Assembly: GCA_033762115.1 (NCBI GenBank)
Contig: JANRLX010000015.1
Location: forward strand, 1-35,820
Origin: Verrucomicrobiota bacterium
GTDB lineage: Bacteria; Verrucomicrobiota; Verrucomicrobiia; Limisphaerales; SXQI01
Reading direction: 5' to 3'
Length of the DNA stretch: 35,820 nt
Positions 19,139-27,059 of this stretch are shown here, piece by piece (positions within the stretch are counted from its first letter, which is position 1; every line of letters begins with the position of its first letter). The notes under the pieces are model-generated. The model was given only the letters and a program-made list of their open reading frames with translations, had not been told where the DNA came from and ran no database searches. The translations under genes and the position numbers were made by a program.

Positions 19139-20114
19139 ACTCCTCCCGCCATTTGATTTTCAGAAGGTCATCGTCGCTCCCTGGACAGAGGGACTGGGCA
19201 CCACCGGCTGGGTTGCATTGATGGGATTCTTTGTCACCGCTGCATGCGGACTGGTTGGCAATTACCTCATTTTGCGCCGTATGGCACTGGTGGGTGACGC
19301 GATCAGCCACAGCGTTTTGCCGGGGATTGCGAGCGCCTTTTTATTCACACAAAGCCGTTCCTCCGGGATCATGTTCCTTGGCGCGCTCCTTGCGGGTGTG
19401 GTCACCACGTTGCTGATCGAATTGATTCATAAAAAATCACGGGTGAAGCAGGATTCCGCCATTGGCATTGCATTCACTTCCCTGTTTGCAATTGGTGTGA
19501 TCATGATTTCTCTCTTTGCTTCCAAAATTGACCTCGACCAGGAATGTGTACTTTACGGAGAGATCGGGTTTGTTCCATTTCAGCCGATGATGCAGCTTTT
19601 TGGCTGGCAGGTCGCGCCCACTCCGGTGGCTGTCATGGGCGCAGTCATGCTTGGGACGCTGCTGCTGCTGCTGCTGTTTTACAAGGAGCTGCTCGTCAGT
19701 TCTTTTGATGCAGGACTTGCCTCCTCACTGGGAATTAATGCCACCGCTGTCCATTATTCGCTGATGTGCTGGCTTTCAATTGTGGTGGTCAGCGCCTTTG
19801 AATCCGTCGGCGCGATCCTGGTCATCGCCATGTTGATCCTTCCGGGCGCGACTGCTTCGCTCCTGAGTTACCGTTTGCCTTCGATTCATGCCCTGACGCT
19901 GCTGCATGCAGCGCTCAGTTCCATCCTGGGGGTCCATCTCTCCTTCTGGCTCGATTGCTCCACCGCAGGAGCCATGGTTGTCATGGGCGCGGTGCTGTTC
20001 ACGCTGGCCTGGTTGCTGAGCCCTGGCCAGGGACTTGTGGGGCGCTGGCTACGGCAACGAAAGCAACGTCTTGAGGCGCCGCCGGAATTGATGGAGACAG
20101 TCAACGCCAGGTAA
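19131..20114 (+). CDS. troD: metal ABC transporter permease (TroD/MntD/YtgD)
   Basis: GDAISHSVLPG, DLDQECVLYGE, FYKELLVSSFD, FESVGAILV. Confidence 0.92.
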   Translation: MSELLPPFDFQKVIVAPWTEGLGTTGWVALMGFFVTAACGLVGNYLILRRMALVGDAISHSVLPGIASAFLFTQSRSSGIMFLGALLAGVVTTLLIELIHKKSRVKQDSAIGIAFTSLFAIGVIMISLFASKIDLDQECVLYGEIGFVPFQPMMQLFGWQVAPTPVAVMGAVMLGTLLLLLLFYKELLVSSFDAGLASSLGINATAVHYSLMCWLSIVVVSAFESVGAILVIAMLILPGATASLLSYRLPSIHALTLLHAALSSILGVHLSFWLDCSTAGAMVVMGAVLFTLAWLLSPGQGLVGRWLRQRKQRLEAPPELMETVNAR

Positions 20115-20117
20115 TTT

Positions 20118-22733
20118 ATGGGGAAAACCGGCCAGTGGCTCACCCCTTCCATTGTTACGGAGTGGTTTCTTAAAAAATACCCTGATCCCACTCCGGCACA
20201 GCGAGAAGCGTGGCCGAAAATCAGCGCCGGTCACAATACGCTCATTATCTCACCCACCGGCACCGGGAAAACCTTTGCTGCCTTTCTTGGGATTCTCAAC
20301 GAACTGGCTTTGCTCCATTCCGCCGGGCATCTCAAGCAGGCGATCCATGCCATTTATATCTCTCCGCTTCGTGCGCTGAGCTATGATCTCCGGAAAAACC
20401 TTCAGCTGCCGCTGGATGAAATTTACGGATCAAAACCTCCGGTGCAGGTCGGCCTTCGTTCTGGAGACACCACTCCCTCCGAACGGCAGAAACAATTCGA
20501 TCATCCTCCCCATATCCTGCTCACGACGCCTGAGAGCCTGAGCCTGCTGCTCAGCCAGGCAAAATGGGTCCCGGTGTTGGAAAATGTTCGCTGGATTGTA
20601 GTCGATGAAATCCATGCGCTTGCCGAAAACAAACGAGGCGCCCACCTGAGCTTAAGTCTTGAACGGCTGGAGCACCTTGTTTGCAGCGGCCAACAGAATG
20701 CTTCGCTGCAACGGATTGGCCTCTCCGCCACGGTTGCACCAGTGGCTGAGGTTGCCCGGTACCTGGTTGGCGGTGAGCGTGACTGTTCCATTATTGATGT
20801 CAGCGCGGCAAAGAAAATCGATCTCAAGGTTTATTCGCCATTGAGTAAGAATCCTTACCCACAAAGCGGCTACACCGGGGAACGGCTCATTCGTGAACTG
20901 GCACGGCTGGTTTGCGAGAACCGGACCACCGTGATTTTTACGAACACACGTTCCGGAGCGGAGGCCGCAGCGTTCTGGCTGCACCAGGCACTGCCCGAAC
21001 TGGCCAGTCAGATCGAGTGCCACCACGCCTCGCTTGACCGTGATGTTCGGCAGGAGGTCGAAGATCGCCTCAAACGTGGTGAACTCCGCGCTGTAGTTTG
21101 CTCCACGAGCCTCGAATTGGGAATCGACATCGGCTCGGTCGACCTGGTGGTGATGCTTTCCACTCCCAAGGGAGTCAGCCGCGCCCTTCAACGGACAGGC
21201 CGCGCAGGGCACAATATTCACACAGTCAGCCGTGGGTTGCTCATGGCGACAAACATGAATGACCTGGTTGAATGTTGCGCCACTGCCATCCTGGCGCGAA
21301 CCCGTCAGCTCGACCCAGTGCGATTGCCGGAGGCACCGCTCGATGTACTGGCCCAGCATCTTGTCAGCATGGGTTGCATCCATGAATGGCCTCTTGACCA
21401 GGCCTACGGCCTTGTTCGCCAAGCCTACCCTTACAGGAATCTGGGACGCCAATCGTTCGACGACGTGCTCGATTATCTTGCAGGCGGCGGCAAATCGCTT
21501 CGTCAGCAATACACGGAAACTTTTGGAAAAATCGAGCTTTCCACTGAATGTTTCAGGACCCGCAAGGGAATGGTCCAGCGCGACCTGTTACAAAACATTG
21601 GCGTCATTCCCACGGAAGGGATGGTTCTCGTTAAACTTAAGGGGCGCACATTGGGTTCGATAGAGGAAATCTTCATCCGCAATTTGGCCATAGGTGATAT
21701 TTTTATTATAGGCGGCAGACCAGTGCGATTGGATCGGATTGGCATGATGGAATGCTTTGTCTCACGCGCTGACGCTGCCACTCCCACAGTCCCGCGCTGG
21801 AATGCGAACAAGATGCCGCTCACCAATAAAGTCGCTGAGGAAATCATCTCTTTTCGCAGTGAACTCTGCACACAATTCGATCAACAGCAGGAGCCGGAAA
21901 CAATTATCAAATGGATTCGCGACCGTCTCGAATGCGGGGAAACGAACGCACAGATTATTTTCAGGATGTATGCGGCCCAGGCACGAATTTCAGAAATCCC
22001 CACGCATCACTTTTTGCTGGTGGAAGAATATCTCTCAAGGGCCGAGGAGGAATCGATACTGGTGAAGGAGAATGCTTCCCCAAAACAAAAAAGACATCGC
22101 TCCTTTGCGCAGGCGCGCCATTACTTCTTTCACTGCCTGGTGGGCCGTGCCGCCAATGAAGCGCTTTCCCGGGTCGTCGCATTGCGCCTGAGCCGTTTAC
22201 GCGGGGGGAATGCGGTTGCAACGCCGGATGATTACGGATTTGTCCTGACAGTGACCCCCACCCAGGAATTTGCATCGGCTGAGTTGCCGATGCTTTTGGC
22301 TGCTGAAGGATTTGAGGCGGACCTTCATCATGCCCTTTCAAAATCCGACCTGTTGAAATACCATTTTCGAAATGCCGCCCAGACTGGCATGATGGTATAT
22401 CGCAATTTTTTTGGTGAACAGAAAGCATTGCGAAAGGTACAATGGTCTGCGGAGGTGCTCTTTAATGTGCTCACGCAGTATGAACCGGACCATGTGCTCC
22501 TCCGGGAGGCCCGCCGGGACGCGGTCCATACTTACATTGACCAGCAGGGGGCACTTCAATTTCTCATGGGCATCTCTGACAAACCGTTCCGGATTCGGCA
22601 GGTGGACCGGGTCCCGCCACTTTCCTTTGCTCTCTTTGCAACGAAAATCAAGGAAGCGCTTCTGGTTGAAGATCCGCGTGAAATGACCGAACGTCTCTAC
22701 CATCTATGGTGGAGCAAACTTGAACAGGAATAA
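20118..22733 (+). CDS. lhr: Lhr-core family DEAD/DEAH-box helicase
   Basis: PTPAQ, PTGTGKT, YISPLRAL, RSGDT, LTTPESL, DEIH, KRGAHL, GLSAT, HHASL, SLELGIDIG, QRTGRAGH, PLDVLAQH; 871 aa. Confidence 0.93.
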   Translation: MGKTGQWLTPSIVTEWFLKKYPDPTPAQREAWPKISAGHNTLIISPTGTGKTFAAFLGILNELALLHSAGHLKQAIHAIYISPLRALSYDLRKNLQLPLDEIYGSKPPVQVGLRSGDTTPSERQKQFDHPPHILLTTPESLSLLLSQAKWVPVLENVRWIVVDEIHALAENKRGAHLSLSLERLEHLVCSGQQNASLQRIGLSATVAPVAEVARYLVGGERDCSIIDVSAAKKIDLKVYSPLSKNPYPQSGYTGERLIRELARLVCENRTTVIFTNTRSGAEAAAFWLHQALPELASQIECHHASLDRDVRQEVEDRLKRGELRAVVCSTSLELGIDIGSVDLVVMLSTPKGVSRALQRTGRAGHNIHTVSRGLLMATNMNDLVECCATAILARTRQLDPVRLPEAPLDVLAQHLVSMGCIHEWPLDQAYGLVRQAYPYRNLGRQSFDDVLDYLAGGGKSLRQQYTETFGKIELSTECFRTRKGMVQRDLLQNIGVIPTEGMVLVKLKGRTLGSIEEIFIRNLAIGDIFIIGGRPVRLDRIGMMECFVSRADAATPTVPRWNANKMPLTNKVAEEIISFRSELCTQFDQQQEPETIIKWIRDRLECGETNAQIIFRMYAAQARISEIPTHHFLLVEEYLSRAEEESILVKENASPKQKRHRSFAQARHYFFHCLVGRAANEALSRVVALRLSRLRGGNAVATPDDYGFVLTVTPTQEFASAELPMLLAAEGFEADLHHALSKSDLLKYHFRNAAQTGMMVYRNFFGEQKALRKVQWSAEVLFNVLTQYEPDHVLLREARRDAVHTYIDQQGALQFLMGISDKPFRIRQVDRVPPLSFALFATKIKEALLVEDPREMTERLYHLWWSKLEQE

Positions 22734-23421
22734 GCCTCAGTACGAAATCGCCCCGAATGTGTGGCTTGATCCTCGTCGGGCGGTTTTTCTTGAAAAAACC
22801 CGCACACTGGCTGTGGCTGACCTCCATCTGGGTTATGTCTGGGCGCACCGGGTTCGGGGTCAGATGATGCCTCTCCTCCAGGAAACCACCCTGGCGCGAC
22901 TGCTTGAACTGATCTCGGATTACCAGCCTAAAACCCTCGCGCTGCTTGGCGATATTGTTCATGAAACAGTCTCAATCCATTCCATTCGGCAGACTGTTGA
23001 AGAACTGGTCAATGAGCTTTGCTCCCGCATCGCACTTGTGCTCGTCACCGGAAATCATGATCGCGATCTGCAACGCATGCTGCCTGGGGATTGCATTGCC
23101 ACCCTGAAAACCGAGTTTATTCAGGAGAAAGTGCGGTTCATTCACGGAGACCAGCGGTTTGACCCCTGCCCTTCCGTTTTGTTGACAGTGCTGGGTCATG
23201 AGCATCCGGCTTTTCGTCTTGGTGATGGGGTAGCCACCTCCGCTCGATTTCCCTGTTTTCTTTGGTCCGCTGATCTTTTAGTGCTCCCTGCCTTTTCCGA
23301 GTGGGCCGCCGGTTGTGTTCTTGGCTCCGCGCCGTTCCTTTCACCGGGATTGCAAAATGTCCGCTTTCAGCAGGCCATCGTCATTATGGGCAATCGCCTG
23401 CTGCCGATTCCCCTTCTGTAA
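22720..23421 (+). CDS. pdeM: Lhr-associated metallophosphoesterase/endonuclease (PdeM/MPE family)
   Basis: VADLHLG, LLGDIVH, GNHD, HG, GHEHP, VLPAFS; overlaps the lhr stop. Confidence 0.85.
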   Translation: MNRNKPQYEIAPNVWLDPRRAVFLEKTRTLAVADLHLGYVWAHRVRGQMMPLLQETTLARLLELISDYQPKTLALLGDIVHETVSIHSIRQTVEELVNELCSRIALVLVTGNHDRDLQRMLPGDCIATLKTEFIQEKVRFIHGDQRFDPCPSVLLTVLGHEHPAFRLGDGVATSARFPCFLWSADLLVLPAFSEWAAGCVLGSAPFLSPGLQNVRFQQAIVIMGNRLLPIPLL

Positions 23422-23515
23422 AAATTCAGGAAATCGATGATGTGGGCTTTCCGTTTTGAATGAGGGGTGCTATTCCTCTGTTGTCGGTCAAGGAAGCGGT
23501 GATTTTGATTGGGTT

Positions 23516-24817
23516 ATGAAATCTGAAAAACGAACAGGTAAACCAAAAAAAAGCGAGGCAGCCAGTAAACCCGCTTCAAAAACCAAGTCGACTGCCAAGG
23601 CCGCCGCCGAAGCCGCTCCAGAACCAACGCCCGCGGAAAAAAAGAGCCCGCCCCGTTCTCGGAAAAAACTCGCGGTACCGCCAATCCTCCTCGAAAACGA
23701 TAACCCGCCTCCTTCAACGGGCACCGGTCCCGGCCAGCGCTACATGCTGGCTCCCACGGCCCCGACGCACCATGAAATGGCGCTGCCGGAACTTCCTGAA
23801 GCTTATGGCACCCGCCGCCTGCTCCTGGCGGCACGTGATCCACATTGGCTTTACGCCTCCTGGGATCTCACCCGTGAACAACTCCGCGAATATAATCAGC
23901 TTTCCCGCGAAGGCCATCTGGTCCTTCGCGTTTTCCTGAACGAGAAAGGGGGCCAGCCGTTTAGTGAGGTGCATGTCCATCCCGAATCCCGCAACTGGTT
24001 TCTCCATGTGGGCCGCAGTGAAACCCGGTTCGTGGCTGAGCTTGGTTTTTATCAAAAGAAAAATGGGACCTGGGAATCAATTTCAATTTCACGTCCCACC
24101 CTGACCCCGCCGGATACATTGTCAGAAGAAACTTCGGCTGAATTTGCCACCATCCCCGGCATGATCAGCTTTCAGGAACTGCTGAGCACTGTGCAGGGTG
24201 CGGTCAATGAAAACCAGCCACTGGTCGAGGCGCTTCGCGAAGTTTGGTCTGAAGAGCATGGGGCATTTCCAGATCGCGCCAAAGGTGCCGGTTACCATTG
24301 GACACCCGAGCAGGCCGAAGCCCTTTCACAGCTGATCAGCATTGATAGCATGCGTCGTGTCTGGATGGGTTCGCTTGAAATTACCGAACTGATTCGTCGG
24401 CGTCTTTCAGAGGAGACCTCTTCCATCGCCGCGCAGGACATGATGAAAAGAGCGGCGCAGTCACTCGCACTCGGCGGTATTTCGAGCATCTCAAGCCCGT
24501 TTGGGGGACTCCCTCGCAGGAAAAGTTTTTGGTTTAACATCAATGCTGAACTGATCATTTATGGAGCGACTGAACCCGATGCGAGCGTTACCATTGGAGG
24601 GCGTTCAATTCGCCTTCGCCCCGATGGAACCTTCAGCTACCGCTTCCTTTTTCCTGATGGCGATTATGAATTGCCAGTCATTGCAACGTCCGCTGATGGT
24701 GACGATTCCCGTGCTGCTGCTCTGAATTTTGTTCGTGTCACCGAATATGAGGGAGACGTCACTCCCCACCCGCAGGACCAACAAATGAAACCGCCGGGGC
24801 CGCAAAACGTCAGTTAA
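23516..24817 (+). CDS. DUF4912 domain protein with a Lys/Pro-rich N-terminus
   Basis: ELPEAYG..RLLLAARDPHWLYASWD; C-terminal FWFNINAELIIYGATEPDASVTIGG..I.LRPDGTFSYRF; ATG 23516. Confidence 0.85.
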   Translation: MKSEKRTGKPKKSEAASKPASKTKSTAKAAAEAAPEPTPAEKKSPPRSRKKLAVPPILLENDNPPPSTGTGPGQRYMLAPTAPTHHEMALPELPEAYGTRRLLLAARDPHWLYASWDLTREQLREYNQLSREGHLVLRVFLNEKGGQPFSEVHVHPESRNWFLHVGRSETRFVAELGFYQKKNGTWESISISRPTLTPPDTLSEETSAEFATIPGMISFQELLSTVQGAVNENQPLVEALREVWSEEHGAFPDRAKGAGYHWTPEQAEALSQLISIDSMRRVWMGSLEITELIRRRLSEETSSIAAQDMMKRAAQSLALGGISSISSPFGGLPRRKSFWFNINAELIIYGATEPDASVTIGGRSIRLRPDGTFSYRFLFPDGDYELPVIATSADGDDSRAAALNFVRVTEYEGDVTPHPQDQQMKPPGPQNVS

Positions 24818-24844
24818 CTTTGCGGGATTCTCCCAATTCATTCT

Positions 24845-26416
24845 ATGCCTGGATATTTCGCCCTGGTCCTTCATGCGCACCTTCCGTTTGTCCGGCATCC
24901 GGAGCACCCGCGATTTCTTGAAGAAAACTGGCTTTTCGAGGCAATTACCGAGACTTACATTCCGCTCCTCCAGGTTATGGACGGTTGGCTTCGGCAGGGA
25001 ATGGATACCCGTCTCACCCTCACGCTCACTCCTCCCCTTTGCTCGATGTTACTCGATCCGCTCCTGTGTGATCGTTATGACCGCCATATCAATGAATTGG
25101 TCGACCTTGCCGAACGTGAAACTCACCGGACATGGTGGGACCCGGCACTTCGTCCCCTTTCTGAAATGTATCTCCGCCGTTTTGAATCGGTCAGGGAGAC
25201 ATGGAACCATTACGGTCGAAATCTGGTTGGCGGTTTTCGCAAATTCCAGGAACAGGGAAAGCTGGAAATCATCACCTCAGCTGCCACACATGCGCTCCTG
25301 CCGTTGCTTGCGGAGCATCCTCCTTCATTGAAAGCCCAGATATTGGTGGCGCGCGATCATTATCGTGAATGTTTCGGCCGTGATCCCCGCGGCATCTGGC
25401 TGCCTGAATGTGCCTATGTCAGCGGGATTGAAAACGTGCTCCAGGAAGCGAACATCCGCTGGTTCATCACGGAAACCCACGGTGTCCTCCATGCACGCCC
25501 CCGCCCCCGTTATGGCACCTTTGCCCCGATTTTCACTCCCAATGGAATAGCCGCTTTCGGCCGCGACCTCGATTCCGCCAAACAGGTCTGGAGCCGTAAT
25601 GAGGGTTACCCGGGAGACCCGGCCTACCGTGATTTTTACCGGGATATCGCTTTTGACCTCGATTACGATTATATCAAACCATGGCTTCCCGCCCCGCCGC
25701 AACGCAGCTTTACCGGCATTAAATATTATCGGATTACAGGGAGCGACCCCAAGGAAGCCTACAACCGCTCCGTTGCGCTTGAAACCGTAGACAGGCATGC
25801 CGCTCATTTCATGACCGCGCGCATGGAGCAACTCACCGCTGCTTCAGCAATCATGGAACGCCCACCGATTATTGTAGCCCCATATGACGCTGAACTTTTT
25901 GGTCATTGGTGGTATGAAGGACCTGAGTTTCTCGACCTTTTCGTTCGAAAAACCATTTATGATCAGCAAATATATTCGCTGACCACCCCGGAGGAATTTC
26001 TTCAACGATTCCCCACGCATCAGGTCGCCACGCCAAGCCCATCGAGTTGGGGTGAGGAAGGTTATTGGAAAGTCTGGCTAAACGAAACAAATGAATGGAT
26101 TTACCCCCACCTCGGTGTTGCCCAGGAAAGAATGAGTGAACTGGTTCGCCGACATCCTGCTCCCGATCCTCTGACTAACCGGGCCCTGAAACAGGCGGGC
26201 CGTGAACTGCTCCTGGCGCAATCCAGTGACTGGCCTTTTATCCTGCGGACCGGCACGAGCCCGGACTACGCCAAAAAGCGCGTAAAGGAGCATCTTCTTC
26301 GCTTTATTGCTCTGCACGAACAGCTTACAAATACAAAGATCGATGAATCCTGGCTTTTCCAGGTTGAACAGATAGACAACCTTTTCCCAAATATTAATTA
26401 TCGTTACTGGCTTTGA
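24845..26416 (+). CDS. GH57 1,4-alpha-glucan branching enzyme (with DUF1957)
   Basis: LHAHLPFV, EENWLFEAITETYIP, GIWLPECAY (nucleophile), PYDAELFGHWWYEG (acid/base), SSWG, RELLLAQSSDWPF. Confidence 0.95.
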   Translation: MPGYFALVLHAHLPFVRHPEHPRFLEENWLFEAITETYIPLLQVMDGWLRQGMDTRLTLTLTPPLCSMLLDPLLCDRYDRHINELVDLAERETHRTWWDPALRPLSEMYLRRFESVRETWNHYGRNLVGGFRKFQEQGKLEIITSAATHALLPLLAEHPPSLKAQILVARDHYRECFGRDPRGIWLPECAYVSGIENVLQEANIRWFITETHGVLHARPRPRYGTFAPIFTPNGIAAFGRDLDSAKQVWSRNEGYPGDPAYRDFYRDIAFDLDYDYIKPWLPAPPQRSFTGIKYYRITGSDPKEAYNRSVALETVDRHAAHFMTARMEQLTAASAIMERPPIIVAPYDAELFGHWWYEGPEFLDLFVRKTIYDQQIYSLTTPEEFLQRFPTHQVATPSPSSWGEEGYWKVWLNETNEWIYPHLGVAQERMSELVRRHPAPDPLTNRALKQAGRELLLAQSSDWPFILRTGTSPDYAKKRVKEHLLRFIALHEQLTNTKIDESWLFQVEQIDNLFPNINYRYWL

Positions 26417-26501
26417 ACAAATTTCCACGAATGGAGTCAAACCAACCTGAATCCGGTTTACACAATACCCAATCTGGATTAATTCAAAGGAAAAGGATGT
26501 T

Positions 26502-27002
26502 ATGAAATTATCAAAGTTAACTTTTGCCGCAGCTTTACTCGGTTTTGCTGCCAGTTCCTTCGCCGCTCTCAAGCCTGGCGATAGTTTGACCCCTTACGAA
26601 ATCAAGAATGTCGCCACCGGCAAGGAATATTGCCAGGTCTGCCAGTATGGCGGCAAGCCAGCCAAAGTGATCGCATTTGGCAAGCTTGACGATGCTGAAT
26701 TCTGGGCCGACCTGAAGAAGCTTCAGACCATCGCCGACAAAAACAAGGAAGTCGGTGTTTTTGCCCAGGTGCTGGATTCCAAGGACATCAAAGCGATCAA
26801 GGCTGCCGCTGATAAAAACGGCATCACTTTCCCCGTGGTTGTTGCCGTCGAAAAAGATTGGGACAATGCCTACAAGGTCGAGGGTGTTAGCCGGACAGTT
26901 TATTATGCCAAAAAGCAGACTATTGCCTGGACCGGCGTGGGGCTTGATGACAAAGCGGTGGAAGCACTCAAATCCAAAATCGCAGCTGATGTGAAAAGCT
27001 GA
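26502..27002 (+). CDS. secreted thioredoxin/redoxin-fold protein
   Basis: Strong RBS AAGGAAAAGGA, signal peptide ending SFA, LKPGD, CQVC motif, A..NGITFPVV. Confidence 0.7.
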   Translation: MKLSKLTFAAALLGFAASSFAALKPGDSLTPYEIKNVATGKEYCQVCQYGGKPAKVIAFGKLDDAEFWADLKKLQTIADKNKEVGVFAQVLDSKDIKAIKAAADKNGITFPVVVAVEKDWDNAYKVEGVSRTVYYAKKQTIAWTGVGLDDKAVEALKSKIAADVKS

Positions 27003-27020
27003 GATCCACTTTATCTCCTG

Positions 27021-27059
27021 ACACCCTTCATCTGCACCAGGTGAAGGGTGTTTTTCTTT
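27021..27059 (+). terminator. intrinsic terminator between convergent genes
   Basis: ACACCCTTCATCTG-CAC-CAGGTGAAGGGTGT 14-bp stem (one G-U) followed by TTTTCTTT. Confidence 0.85.

Noticed and set aside
19659..19676. (CTG)6 trinucleotide repeat
   Set aside because: Encodes a poly-Leu transmembrane stretch of the permease; ordinary codon usage.
20652..21509. 285-aa antisense ORF and many similar shadow ORFs in the track
   Set aside because: They lie opposite or within well-supported genes and lack motifs.
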